64,000 nucleotides of DNA from Octopus sinensis. Taxonomy: Eukaryota. Below the pieces are notes generated by a model. The model was not told where the DNA came from and did not search any database. It worked only from the letters and a program-made list of their open reading frames with translations. Numbering within the stretch: the stretch's first letter is position 1; each line of letters opens with the position of its first letter. Positions 1 to 14,170 of this stretch are shown in pieces. The translations under genes and the position numbers were made by a program. The DNA lies in the NCBI RefSeq assembly GCF_006345805.1, contig NC_043001.1:106764001-106828000 (forward strand). The letters are read 5' to 3'.

Positions 1-744
1 CATCGCATGTATGTGTGTATATATGCGTGTGTATATGTATAGCCATCTACGTATCATACTTAATGTATACACACTATCGATAGGTCAGTTGCTGCAGTGT
101 TTGTACTGAAATAGTATATCTTATGGACTTGCTATGTTAAAAGCTGTCAGCGAGAGGAGCAGATACATTTTGGCAATCCTGGGACCTTTCGAAACGGCGA
201 GCACTCGCAACCAGCCACATGCTCAGACATGTTCCTGAGTCATAAATCTCATCCTAATTTTGAACAGGAAATTTGAAAAGAAAAATTATTATATTTAAAT
301 TCTATCAAATGAAGTTTATGTTTAACAAAACCTTGCATTTTATGCCGTAAAGGTATTAATCACTAAACTGCATCCATCGAAAACTATCAGTATTTCCTAC
401 ACCAGACTCAGAAAAATGAAATGAAGGCAAAAAATATCACTTAAACATCACTGACTGAGAGATGATTCGAAGAGCTGCTAGAGGAGTTAAAGTGTCAGGC
501 AATGAATTCGAGGATTCTCCGAGGGTTGTTAGGGAATGTGCATCATTCTTCTCATATGGTGACGCTTTTTACCAATATAAGAACCTTACAGCATGCAAGC
601 GAGAGGAAGTTCAGGGAAAGAGTTATCGAAAGAGACGATAAGAAACCACTAACACTGAGATCGGAAATACAGGAATATGCCATGCTTGGTGTGTCCGGGT
701 GTTCAGGAATTTCTAACAAGAAGGGCGCTTAGATTTTTATCTCT

Positions 745-1078
745 TTTAAAGAATAGGAATAACTGGTACTCCATTGGTTGCGACGATGAATGACGACGAT
801 GGTTCCAGGTGAACCGATGAATGGAACAGCCTGCTCGTGAAATCAACGTGCAAATGGCTGAGCACTCCACAGACACACGTACCCTTAATGTAGTTCTCAG
901 GGAGATTCAACGTAACACTGAATGTGATAAGTCCAGCCCTTTGAAATACAAGTACTACTCATATTTGGCAACTGAGTGGACTGGAGCAACGCGAAATAAA
1001 GCGTCTTGCTCAAGGACACAATGTGTCGCCAGGAATCGAACTCACAACCTTACGATCTTGAATCGAGTGCCCTAACCA
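745..1078 (-). mobile_element. tRNA-derived SINE (same family as 56945-57271)
   Basis: The minus strand starts with A/B-box-like TGGTTAGGGC...GTTCGATTCC, and the body is similar throughout to 56945-57271. Confidence 0.75.
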
Positions 1079-2974
1079 TTTCATAAGCAAAAGACGAGAG
1101 AAGTTGTATCAACCGAACAGCTTGATATCGTTCCTGTCATATTTGAAACCTCGGTATTAACCGAATAATAAACGAAATGTATTTTCTATGGCCAATCCCA
1201 AACCGATTAGACGAGGACTGACGGAGCAAGCAATGTATATCATAGAACAAACAACATCTACGAAGAAGAGGTCGTTAAGATTTGAACAGTATGGCTGGGT
1301 GTTGACGAAATGCAATATTGCATTAGACACATAGTGTAACACCGGAAGGAAAAGAGAGAGAGAGCGAGGTGGGGAGAGAGGGAGAAAAGCAATAAAGCAA
1401 CAATTCGGTTCCAATTTGTTGTTAAAGTTTAACATCTGTTTGACATCTGCAACGAAAAACTTTTGACATCTCATAAATCCTCCCCTAAATTAGATTCGAG
1501 AGAACAAAATGAAGTGACCCTGAAACCAGTATGAAATAACAACCAGTAATTTACTGCGAGGCTGTCTCCTTACAACAAATACATTACATTACAATTTACA
1601 TCAGAACTGGTGTAGATTTTGCCCTTTGCGCATGATATAACACTGAAACTTGATAAAACAAATAAATACTGTTTGTTCAACAAGATAGGCCACAATTTGT
1701 GAGGATATGTATGTGTGTGATTCTTATCACTTCTAAATTCACTTGCTTATATCAACACATTACTGATACACATATAATTGACTCCAGAAGTCTGAATGTC
1801 TAAATCAATGGCTCTGAACCGGTATCCACATGACACTTGGGGGTCCATATAAGATTCTGTTGTCCAAATTTATGTGTAAGAAATTGACTATCCTTCTAGA
1901 TTACACAATAGTTTTACAAGTTTTTAATAAATTTCTAACGATATTTAATTATAAAAATATAGGATTTTTTAAAACATTGAATGGCTACGGGGATCCATCT
2001 GGGTGAAATAGGAATCAAAGGAGTCAATAGGTGAAAAATGGTTGAATCTGTGAAGTTTTAAGTCCCAGACTCTACCTCTCAAACAAATGCTTTTATCACC
2101 GAGTCCAATCTATCAATTGCATTGTCACATTCTTAAGACTCACTCACCTTCTTGGAGACTGAATTCTTTCCCCCGTTATGCTCCACGCTGTTACTCAACC
2201 GTTGTGTATCAAAATGAAAGTAAAGATTAGAAAACGAGGTTTTTAAACAAAATGAACGTTATGAGTGAGAGTTAATACATATATAGAGAGAAGGAGTGTC
2301 AAAGAGTATGGTAAATATATATAGAGAGATAGAATGATGGTGCTAGATAGAGAGTGGGAGAATTGTCGATCTAAAAGTCGAGTTATTTCTCATAGAAAAT
2401 TATATCTTTTTAATATCATTCACGAATGACATTGTCTGTGAGACTCAGATTTCGAAAATCGAATTGTATTATTTCGTTCTGGCATGAAGTTAGAGTCTTT
2501 GTATGTTTATGAATGTCTAATATGTGTCTTCCATGCTGAAATCATTTTAGTTTCAGCACACGATCATAGATCAGTTCATTTGCCTGACAAATACAACCCA
2601 GAAATTTATATTGTTGTTCCCAAATCAACTTTGAACAAACAGACTTATAAATAAAAACTTTTTAACCATGACCATCCAGTTTTTTTTGTTTTTTACCTCG
2701 GTTATTGTGTACTCCAGATAACACTCTTCAGTGTCTGACTAATTCCAAGACGGTAACGGTGCAAATGAAGGAAACTGGTCTTCTATTTCTAGTAGTTGGG
2801 ATGACCACATAGAGACAGAGACACCTTCGTTGACTATTAATTACATATAAATCGTGTGTGTGTGTGTGTGTTGATTGCGTGTATGGGTGTGTGTGCGTGT
2901 GTGTGTGTGTGCGTGTGCGTGCGTGTGCGTGTGTGAGTGTGTGTGTATGCGTGTATGTGTGTATGTGTGTGTGT

Positions 2975-3012
<38 letters not shown>

Positions 3013-3147
3013 AATATTTGAAGTGAAGACAGTGAAACCAGAAAACAAAATTAAATTTTCAGTGACTTTCAACGGTTGAATTTGAGGAATTCAGAAATTT
3101 TGTATCCCCAAGCTATTTTAAGTGGCACCATAGCGCCCTCGCCCTTT

Positions 3148-3225
<78 letters not shown>

Positions 3226-3351
3226 TGTATGTATGCATGTATATATGTGTAATGCAGCGTATATATATCTATATACTTACATCCGCGTTGAATATCAATA
3301 TCAAATTTCCAAGCGTGATAAACATTCTTATGTGTGTGTGTGTAAATGTGC

Positions 3352-3516
<165 letters not shown>

Positions 3517-4299
3517 GTGTGTGTGTGAGTATTTATTGATATGATTGTTGTTTAGCCCTAGTTCTCTCCTGATCCACCTTCTAAGCAAGGTATTTTCAAG
3601 CGTCTGGATTTGGCAATTAAATACTCTTCAAACCCGATTCACCAACCATGTAAGAGACTCCTTCGTAGAGACTCCAGGGATGAATGGGATTGCTTTTCAG
3701 TCGTCGTTGCCGTCGACGACGACGTCGTTGCTTTTATTGTTGTTGTTGTTGTTGCTGTGGTTGTAGTAGTGGTGGAAATGATGAAGATGATGATGATGAT
3801 GATGGTGGTGTTTGTTTTTCGTTGTGCTGATGGTTGCAGAGCGAGTGGTGACGATGTAGAAGTCAAGAGGGTGATAGGGAAGTGTGTCACTAGTCTTGAT
3901 ACACCCCACTCACTTTACTATAATCACACGCTTATCATTTACGACTCTTTAATTGCTATGAAGTTACAGAATTTCGAGCTTTTGGTAGTGATTACACGAT
4001 GAAATATTGCTACGAGAAGAAAGACACACTTTGTGGCTGCAGTTTCAGACACAAACTTTATGGCGCTACTTTAAAAACAGGAAAGCATTTTAGAGGCGCT
4101 ACTTTAAAAACAAACTTTAGGAGTTTAAAGGCACAAACTTAGGGAATTCTGTTATAAATATAGACAAAATGTATGTGTGCTGTTTTGAGGGAGTACTTTG
4201 CATCTTTCATTTTTTGAGGGTCGATGACAAATGTACCCGGCGATGTAATTAATTCCCCATTAATTTCAAATTTTGAGCCTATAGCAGGAAGAATTATTA

Positions 4300-4958
4300 T
4301 GAAGCTATGTGAAAAGCCGAAACAGCTGCTGAAATTCGGGAGGCGATGAGCGATTGCACAAGTCCTAAATCGCCAGGTTTAGATGGTCTACCCTATGAAT
4401 TCTATGCATTCAAGCCAGATTTGTTTGGCGACTACCGCAACTGGGATCAGAACGGGAGAATTCCTAATGCTGTGAGCCGGGATGTGCTGACACTGCCGAG
4501 GAAGGACGCCGAAAAATGGGAGTGTACAAGGGAATTTTCGACCCATAACTCTGCTGAACACGGGCTTTAAGATTTTGGCCACGGTGTTAGCGAAAAGCTT
4601 GGTAGTTGTCGTCGGTAGCCTGGTCGGGGAAGCGCAAACGTGCGCAATCCCGAACAGGTCTATCCATAACAACCTCTACCTTATGCAATACATCATAGAG
4701 AGGGCTGCGACCAAAGCTGGCTTCGAGGGCGCTTTGACTAATTTGGATCAATCCAAAGCATTCGATAGGGTCGACCATCACTACTAGGAAGCCGTCCTGA
4801 AAACAGACAGTTTTGGGCCATTTTCAGAGGCTGGATCGCTGCTATGCACAGCGGCACCTGCTCAGTGGTCAAAGTAAACGACCACCTATCGGAACCGTTT
4901 AGCATCGCACGCTCTGTCCGTCAGAACTGCCCGCTGTCGCCTATTCTGTACGTATTGG
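4300..4958 (+). mobile_element. Decayed non-LTR retrotransposon RT fragment (Tx1/L1-like)
   Basis: Frameshifted motifs KSPGLDGLPYEFY, QTCAIPNRSIHNNL, LDQSKAFDRVDH and SVRQNCPLSPILY (RT domains 0-4). It stops abruptly and runs into a SINE body fragment. Confidence 0.85.
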
Positions 4959-5020
4959 ACGGGCTTCTTTCAGTTTCCTTTTACCAAATCAACTCACTGT
5001 GTGTGTATGTGTGTGTGTGC

Positions 5021-5221
5021 GTGTGACCGCGTGTGTATCGTTGGCGATTCTCTTTCTCCGTCTTCCCTTCTTTGAACTTTTTCTATATCTCTGATGAAGA
5101 GCTCCGCTCGAAACGTGAAATACTCTTTCTTTCCTTTCTTTTCCTGAGCGTCCAATAACACGGTACTTGTTCCACGTCCTCGTGTTGTTGTTTTTTCTTG
5201 CTTGTTCTTATTTGGATTGAT
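5021..5221 (+). mobile_element. About 200-bp non-autonomous element with a hammerhead-like motif (PLE/retrozyme-like family)
   Basis: Similar to 16428-16640 (-) and 44993-45198 (+). CTGATGA-A-GAGC-tcc-GCTC-GAAAC at 5091-5114; the element ends in (TA)n. Confidence 0.7.
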
Positions 5222-6608
5222 TATATATATATATATATATATATTTGCATGTATGTATGTATATTTATATATGTATATATACAGACACACACGCACACAG
5301 ACACACACTCACATGCACACGCAGAGAGCCTCGCGCATATGTACAATCAAGCACACAGTCACACTCATGGACAAACAAACCTGGTTACTTATACCAATAC
5401 TTTTGTTATTATTAAATAAAATAAGAAACTAGTCGAATCACACTTAAAAGTTCTATATCCCGCACCTCTTTGCCTTCCATCGCCATCCCCACTTTATACA
5501 CCTGTCTTACCCCAAGATTAGCAAACCACTGCAGCAGTGGTAAAGGTCATTAACAATCAATTATACCTGACACACCTGAAACATCTGTTTTGTGCTGCTC
5601 CTGTTGTTGATTGCTCTTCTTTCTGGCATTAGTTAGGGGTAAGGGAAAGTTGAACAATAAAAATAATATAAAATCATAAAAAATACAAATATAGAAAGCT
5701 AAGAAAATTCGACGATTGCTGATGTCTTGGGCGGAGTGAAAATTCTGGTTTTGTATTTATTTTAGCGAGAACTTGTGCTTGGTTGTGTGTATAAGATTTC
5801 TCACCTCTCAGCCTTATTTGAGAAACATGTGTTGGCAAAGGAGCCTCTACTTGGATGCTCAAGCTACTAGATATAACAGCGAAATTTCACTCAAATAAAA
5901 AGTTATAGTAGCGTGGCTAGTGATGGGGGCGAGGGGAACGGTCCAACCAGGACGATGCTTTTGTGGGGGATGGGGGTGGAAGCACTTTTGGGTTTACTGT
6001 ATAATCCCGTAAAACATGAATTGAAACATGAGTTTTTAATGCCACGACACTACACATAGTTTTCGATTTAGAGTAACTTTCACAAAGGCGCAGGAGTGGG
6101 AGTGTGGCTAAGAAGTTTTATTAACAATATTTTGTATATATATTTATATGTAATGGATATGAGAGCCAACGGTACCTATATCCTAGGGAGAAGATGGGTT
6201 TCATCCTGACTACCAAGCCCTACCAAACGGATGCCAATATAGTAAATAATGAAAAAAAAATTTTTTAATTAAGCGACAAACTGGCAGAACCGTTGCTGCA
6301 CCGGACAAAATGCTTAGCAGCATTTCTTCTGATTTTACGTTCTGAGTTCAAATACCACCGAGATCTACAATGACTTTCATCTTTCCGGGGTCGATAAATT
6401 ATGTACCAGTCGAACTCTAGGGTCAATGTAATCGGCTTAACCCCTCCACCGAAATTTGTGGCCATGTGCTAAAGTTTGAAACCAATACAGTAGAACCTCG
6501 GTTTACGAACGCCTCCGATCACGAATAAATCGTGCTTTATATCTATCATGTATCTACCTAAATATCTATCTATCTATCTATCCATCTCTCTCTCTCTCTC
6601 TCTCTCTC

Positions 6609-6654
<46 letters not shown>

Positions 6655-6681
6655 ATATATAATATATATACATACATCTAT

Positions 6682-6815
6682 GTAGTCCCGGTTTGATCCG
6701 GGGTTAACCACAGTAAGTAAGGTACTCAATACATAGCAGAGTAAAATTAATTTATTATATAGAAGGAGCTTCTACAGGACTAGTACTGTTTCATTCAGAG
6801 AATCTTCAGGAAGCT
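6682..6815 (-). mobile_element. Short hammerhead-bearing element abutting (TA)n; monomer of the 56.5-kb palindrome family
   Basis: Nearly identical to the reverse complement of 56553-56690. It ends at ...CTTCAGGAAGCT, which is the symmetry centre of the 56.5-kb palindrome. Confidence 0.75.
6767..6815 (-). ncRNA. Type I hammerhead ribozyme-like motif
   Basis: AGCUUC-CUGAAGA-UUC-UCU-GAA-U-GAAA-CAG-UACUAGUC-CU-GUA/GAAGCU. Stem I is 6 bp, stem III is 4 bp with a palindromic ACUAGU loop, and the cleavage triplet is GUA. Stem II is weak and non-canonical. Confidence 0.55.
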
Positions 6816-6960
6816 ATTTAACAAGAATTGTATTAGCATTTATACATTTAGGCAGGTTTAAAGGAGTGGTGGTGGGGGACTTTTTTGGGGGTAGGCATAG
6901 CGCAAAATATCATACTTGGGGGAGTGGTCAAGGAGTCAGTGTAAGTTAGATGAAAGAATG

Positions 6961-7088
6961 ATAATAAAAAATAAAATAAAAAAAAAAAAATAAAAAATAA
7001 AAAATAAAAAAATAATAATAAAAAAAAAAAAAAATAAATAAATAAATAAAAAAATAAAAAAATAAATAAAATAAAAAAATAAAAAATA

Positions 7089-7121
<33 letters not shown>

Positions 7122-7226
7122 ATAATAATAAAAAAAAAAAAAATAAATAAATAAATAAATAAAAAAATAAAAAAATAAATAAAATAAAAAATAAAAAAAA
7201 AAAAAATAAAAAAATAAAAAATAAAA
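6961..7226. repeat. 266-nt pure A/T, A-rich tract (AAAAAT-like, internally duplicated)
   Basis: No C or G over the interval; it produces the poly-Phe ORFs on the minus strand. Confidence 0.9.
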
Positions 7227-8286
7227 TGTGTGCACATACATACATAACACATATACATACACACACACATACGTACACATGTGTGCCTATACATACCTAC
7301 ACATACACACATACACACATATATATATATATATAAAGCACGATTTATTCGCGATGAGAGTTGTTTGAAAACCGATGTACTATTGTATTAATAGTAAAAA
7401 TTCAGGTGCCCCGACTTGACTGTAAATGAGACATTTCATTGTTATAGATGATGGCTGCTTGCGTAGGATTGTTACAATTGGTTCAATTGTTCCATCAAAA
7501 TTACTTCACTTCTATCAATAAATACTTCATCCAGCAATCAGTTAATTGTTATCGTTGTTATTGTTTTCTTTTTTTAATGGCTCACTAAAGAAATAATAGC
7601 GTTCATGGACTTCTTTTTTTTAGGACATCCAAATAAGAAAAAAAAATTATGAGGCAGAGAAGAAGTTACCGTCAGCCTGAGTTCGAATGCTTGAAACAGA
7701 TTAGACTCTTAGGTATTGAAACAGGATGACAAATTAAATCCATGATCTAAGAAATCCATGTTACTCATACGTGCTTCCACATAGTTTTCTTTCAAAAATT
7801 TTCGCACAAGGATTTGGCTGTCTTGGGGCAACAGTACAAGACACTTGCTTAAGGTGATGAGCTGTGTGATTGAACCGAAAACTTTATTCCTGAAATGCGA
7901 CCTTCTTAATCACATAGCTATGAGTGCGTCCACGTGATTTTGTTTGGCTCAGGTGAGATCTGGCTGAACAGAATCTTTCATCAATGCTCCAGCAGAGGAA
8001 CATATAAGTCAGAAAGGCAACCTCGTGATATTGTGACGTCCTGGTTGGAAATGTTGATTAGATCTAACCTGTTCCGAGCAAACGTGGCGATTTCTACACT
8101 GTCGACAGACCTTCTAGATATAGCAGCAAAATGTCCCTGAAATCATAATGAGCAAGTAGTGTCCTCGTGAGAAAGGCTGCGTTCCGATTTAAGAAAAGTT
8201 ATATTACGACAATATTGATGCACAAACCGAAATCGAACACGTGATCTTGGTATCATTAATATTCCATTGAGATTTTGATCATATTA

Positions 8287-8317
<31 letters not shown>

Positions 8318-9246
8318 TATGCACACACATGCGCACACACATATACATACTGACTCACAGACACGTTCTCACATAAAGCTGCACACTCAAATTACACACA
8401 AACATGTGCACACACACACACACACACACGCACACGTATAGCTACACAGATACACACATGCTCACATGTAGTTACACAGCACATAGACTCGCACACATAG
8501 ACTCTCACATACACACGACGTAATACGCACTCATACACATACATTTCAACATATAGTCTTTCTCATTTTAGTCCGCTCTTGTCACATCACAAAGTTCAAA
8601 CAACACACGGTGGACTTTTCCTCCTCACTTCATCGGGGTGGCTAAAATAATAAGCGGCATTATGTTACAGATACATGATTCAAATGGCTTCAACCAACTT
8701 CTCGGCAAAACAGGCCAAATGTCTCTGGTTAAGACATTAATTACATCAGACTAAAAATAAGAATAATAATGAAAACTGCATTAAAAATATCGATTTGTAC
8801 AAAAATGTTGAAAAGGAGAAACATTTAGACAAAATTGTTCTATACATAAATTAATCGGCATCATAAAAATCGAGTCTCAGTCAAAATTGATCAAAATCAG
8901 ACCTCAGGGCGTTGCGAGTCATTAAAACGCAATTAATTCACCCCAAATAAACATCGTTTATACAAAGAGCTATTTCCAGTGAAGTTTACCACAAGAATTT
9001 AGTCGACAACAAAAATCAACAATGGAAAGTAACATTTCGATCAGTTCATTACATTTTTTTATACTAGTTTTTCGTGTTATGTTTTAATTTTTTCAAAAAC
9101 TTTACCAGAGAAAATTTACAATTGAATGTTCATCTTTTCTTTCTTTCTGTCTTTCTTTCTGTTGACTCCATCTTAACGTATGACTCATCCAAGCCACTCG
9201 TCATTCGTAGCCAAGCGTTCACTTCACCGCCAACACTGCTATATAC

Positions 9247-9279
<33 letters not shown>

Positions 9280-9564
9280 GTTGTTGTTGTTGTTGTTTTT
9301 TGTTGTTGTTTTTGCTGTTGTTGTTATTATTATTATTATTATTATTATTGAGTGAGAGAGCAGTTCATGCCATCATTATTATTATTATTATTATTATTAT
9401 TAAAGCTGCAAAAACATCACAATAATATCACAAAAAATTGCAGGTTTTTGTGATATTTTTGTGATGTTATATATAGCTTTAATGATATATAAAGCCTATT
9501 ACTCTACCTCTGGTATTCGAATACCATTTTTTCCCACCTTGTTTCACATTTATGTGCATACTTT

Positions 9565-9603
<39 letters not shown>

Positions 9604-10245
9604 TGCAGCACGAAGTTTTGTCAGTGAACAGGTCGCAGTTTCAAATAGAACGAAAATATTTTGACACAAATAAAATTTAAATGTTGAAGTGAAACTAACT
9701 GTTTTTGTGTGTTCTTGAATGGCTTACAAACATCTTTCACGCTGCAATTGTGCGTATATATATATATATATATACATACGTATATCTATATGCACAAATG
9801 TATGCATATACAGATATATATATATGTGTGTGTCTATATATATATATACAGGTCGCTCTTATGTGTTACTGGTAACATGCAACTCAGTACAATCTGTTGC
9901 ATGGTCGGGTCGTCGGCGCATAAACCGGCAACCCCAGATGCAAAAGTATGCAATAGAGATTGTAGCATTATGTAAGTTCATGATTTGTGAAGCTTCATAT
10001 AAAATCACAAAATTCGTCCAATGCTTTGTTCCGTTTGCTGAGCTGTAACATCTTCATTTCGTACAAAAGATTCGTCATTGTATTTTCTTTGTCAAATAAT
10101 TCTTCCATTAAAGGTAAATTTTATATAACAGTGAGATATCGTTCTGTATTTCCTTGAAGTTAGAGTATTGTCGAGTGTATGTGTGTGTGTGTGTGTGTGT
10201 GTTGTGTGTGTGTGTTGTGTGTGTGTGTGTGTTGTGTGTGTGTGT

Positions 10246-10277
<32 letters not shown>

Positions 10278-10459
10278 CGTGTGCGTGTGTGTGTGTGAGT
10301 ATGTGAGTGTGTCTCTTTGCGTTTGTGTGTCCCTCACCATCACTTCACAAACACTGTTAGTTTGTCTGTGTGCCCATAACCTAGCGATTCGGCACAAGCG
10401 ACCGATAGAATAAGTTCCATACTTTCAAAAAGTACTAGAATCGACTTTTTCATGTAAGC

Positions 10460-10636
10460 CAGTGATTCTCAACCATTTAAAAAAATTATGGATCTCTTCG
10501 ATCCCTTTATACTAAGTGGGGTGTGGTCTCATGACCATTCGATGTCTAAAAGTTCTTATATTTTTATGATTACATTAATTGTATAAAATCTCATGTGGAC
10601 CCCAAGAGTCATATGCAACCCAGCTGAGAACTACTG
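10460..10636. mobile_element. hAT-type MITE
   Basis: Termini CAGTGATTCTCAACC and CAGCTGAGAACTACTG. The 8-bp TSD is ATGTAAGC/ATTTAAGC (7/8 match). Confidence 0.7.
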
Positions 10637-11528
10637 ATTTAAGCCCTCCAAGACGATGCTGCAGCATGGCCGAAGTCTGATACAAGTAAAAGATAAAAGA
10701 ATAAAAGATTACATTGTGTTCGCTAGCTGATTTCAATCTTTATTCATTGCAATTCACTCTTAATCGTGATAATTCGATTTCCGTTTTGAATGTGTTTGGC
10801 GTGATCTTCTCTTTAAGACAGTCGCTGTTTGCTTCCATGGTCTTTACAGAATTCGAGCGATGAAGTCCATCCTACTCATGTTAAGCTTGAACGTCCATAG
10901 GTTCAGTCCAGAGAGAAAACTTGTGTATGGACCGAGCAACGAGGAAAACCACTACGCCAGAAGATGAGGCCCTCTCCTCACCTATGGACGAAATATCACA
11001 CGCAGGCAAACCTGAAACCGCTTTCTGACAAAGTGTCTTAAAGCTCATTTAAAAATTACTTCAGCTTCAAGGTCAGAAACAGTAATTTAATATAAATCAA
11101 TTACCTGTGAATATGTAAAATGAAGACTTCATTATTTTCCTCAGCACAGATGCTTACCGTTTTACCGTCTTATATCCATTTGCATTTCACCTATATGTGA
11201 AGGCGCGTGGCCTGGTGATTAGATATGTTGCACTCACGACGTGCTAACGTTTCTACCAGCTCGCCGCCTTAAATAACCGTAAGGAAGAGTAATGGCAGAA
11301 AGCCATCTAAAATTCATTTCTACAACTGGAGCAATCGTTTGAAGACACTTGCAAGACAGTAAGATATCATTTGAAGGAGTTTTGAGATTTAGCTACAATT
11401 TCTTGCGGATGCAACGACCACGTAGAGCCTCCACTATCCTCGTTGGTTTGCAAGAAGTGTATTCAGTTGGTGAAAACGCTCTTGAATCTTCCTCTGTTGC
11501 TATTTAGTGGGTATAAAGGAAGAGCTCC

Positions 11529-11566
<38 letters not shown>

Positions 11567-12235
11567 GAAAGAAAGAAAGAGAGAGAGAGAGAGACGGACG
11601 TCGATTTCATTTAAATCATTTCTGACGTGGCAACAAAAACAGCTGTAAAAATCTTTATGACACTTCACTCTCTTGCTTGATCAGACACAGCAGACGGCAG
11701 CTTGGTATAAAATACTAGGCTGGGCGCCACCTTCAGCCCCGGCTTAGCAATTCCCGTTGATTCTGCCGCAATGATGTATGTACACAAATACATACCCAAA
11801 GACACACACACACCAATAGGCAAAAACAAAATAAACAAAAAATGCACGCACACACAATATTCATATATTTAAAAAAATGAAGGCATATTTGTAAAAGCAT
11901 ATATATATATATAGATATAGATAGATATATAATATACATATATATATATATATAGATATAGATAGATATATAATATACATATATATATGTATATTATATA
12001 TATATATATATAAAATATATATATGTGTGTGTGTATTATATATATGCATATATACATACACACACTATGTATACACAGTTTATACATCATATACATATAT
12101 AAATACATGTACATATATGTGCGTGTGTATGCAGATGCATATATTGATATACACACACTCACATATATGTATAAAGACATACACGAATGCGTGCCTACGA
12201 GTGCGTGCATGCGTGTGTATATAATTATCATTATC

Positions 12236-12324
<89 letters not shown>

Positions 12325-12774
12325 TATTATTGTTATTGTTGTTACTCTCAGTTGAATGAGTTTTGGAATTTTCTCTCGGTTGTTCTAATACACTTTTACG
12401 GTGTTTCCTATCAAAACGCTTCAGCCATGTAATACGGCTAACACTGATGTGATAATTTTGACCACCCCTAAAGTACATGAATGTCTAGACAGAAATACTC
12501 ACGGCAGAAAGTTTGATTTGATTATGTCAGCTAGGAAGTCGGCTTCTACCCTGCAACTACCTTCAATGTTGATCTTACTTCGTTTAATGTGTTCTATTTT
12601 TAGGGAAAAGAAATGCCTTCTTATGACACAAAATGCACTTGAAACATTTTCTTTGGTACCAACGAAAGAGCCTCTACTAGATCGCATGTGTTGCTAGATA
12701 TAGCAGCAAGATACACTCCTATTTACCCTACGACGGACTGGCGTCCCGTTTATCTTTTCTATTTTTAGCTTGGA

Positions 12775-12992
12775 AGGCGGTGAGCTGGCAGAAACGTTAG
12801 CACGCCGGGCGAAATGCGTAGCCGTATTTCGTCTGCCGTTACGCTCTGAGTTCAAATTCCGCCGAGGTCGACTTTGCCTTTCATCCTTTCGGGGTCGATA
12901 AATTAAGTATCAGTTACACACTGGGGTCGATGAATTCGACTTAATCCGTTTGTCCCCTCTGTGTTTAGCCCCTTGTGTGTAGTAAAGAAATA
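12775..12992 (+). mobile_element. tRNA-derived SINE (GGCGGTGAGCTGGCAGAA family)
   Basis: Head plus GAGTTCAAATTCCGCCGAGGTCGACTTTGCCTTTCATCCTTTCGGGGTCGATAA core. Many other copies on both strands, e.g. about 6270, 18990, 19250, 26680, 29225, 30030, 35255, 38095, 38505 and 63940. Confidence 0.8.
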
Positions 12993-13867
12993 TATTTTTA
13001 GCTTGTTTCAGTCATTTGCCTGCGCCCATGCTGGGAAACACGCATTAAGAAATTTTTTGTCGAATGAATCAACCCCAGTATTTATTATTATTTTAAAACC
13101 TGGTACTTATTCTATCGATCACTTTTACCGAATCGCTACGTTAAGAAGAGTTAAACCCACCAATACCGGTTGTCAGACATGGTGGGGGACAAACACACGC
13201 AGACAGACACACACATATAATGCATACATATACGTATATAGGTATATATCATGCACACACACACACACATATTTATTATTGTGTCTGAGGAGAGTCGTTC
13301 TCTTTTAGTGCCTTATTTAACACACGCACCGGTTCGATTTCCACTCATTTAGTCATTTATTTTTTTAAAATTCTAACATAACAAACTAACAGACGCACGC
13401 ACATAGTCACACAAACCCATACACGTAGATACATTCAAACATGCGCGCATAAGACAAAGCTACAGACACAAATACATACACACACATACAAACATACACA
13501 CACACACACACACTCACGCATAAACACACAAACATGAACCCACTAATACATGAATAAGCAGAATACATACATGCATACAAACGTACACACACGCATACAT
13601 ATATGTATGCACAAACACACACACACACATATGCTTACACACACATACATACATATTTGTATACATGCATGCATACATACATACATACAAATATACATAT
13701 GCACATGCACACTGACGTACACACACGCGCTCAAACAAACAAACAAAAAGAACGCAGCTCTGATAGCGGACAGCGTCAACGACTATTGAAAAGGTTGCAA
13801 GATGCAACGAAAATTTTAGAAAAATAAGACCCCGATATTAGATAACGAGAGGATTATTTATACATAT

Positions 13868-14103
13868 TATAATTTAGAACAAACGGTAAAAGGTTGTCAT
13901 TATAGTACTCGGAGTTTCCAAAGTCGGAACGAAGAGCCACGAAATTCTCATTGGCTATTAGAGTAACTTCCCTTTTATTCAACGGTTTTTCATAGCGTCT
14001 GTTGCCATTAATAGCCGACGAGAATGTTTCGCAGCTTTTCGCTCCGACATTCGAAACTCCGAGTACTATAATGACAATCTTTTACTGTTTGATCTAAGTT
14101 ATA
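13868..14103. mobile_element. Fold-back element with divergent hammerhead-like arms
   Basis: About 90-bp imperfect inverted arms (13868-13958 and 14011-14103) with an approximately 50-bp spacer, TA-flanked. Confidence 0.75.
14011..14069 (+). ncRNA. Type I hammerhead-like motif with one core substitution (U4C)
   Basis: AUAG-CCGACGA-GAAUGU-(19 nt)-ACAUUC-GAAA-CUCCGA-GUA/CUAU. Stem I is 4 bp, stem II is a perfect 6 bp closed by G-C, and stem III is near-palindromic. Confidence 0.55.
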
Positions 14104-14137
14104 GCATATATATATATATATAATATATATAATATAT

Positions 14138-14170
<33 letters not shown>

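Noticed and set aside
10700-11100. Non-repetitive segment with approximately 33-codon ORFs on both strands as an unknown exon
   Set aside because: No recognisable domain and no convincing splice pair.
13284-13305. CTGAGGA-GAGTCGTTCTC as a hammerhead
   Set aside because: No downstream GAAA, stem III or NUH.
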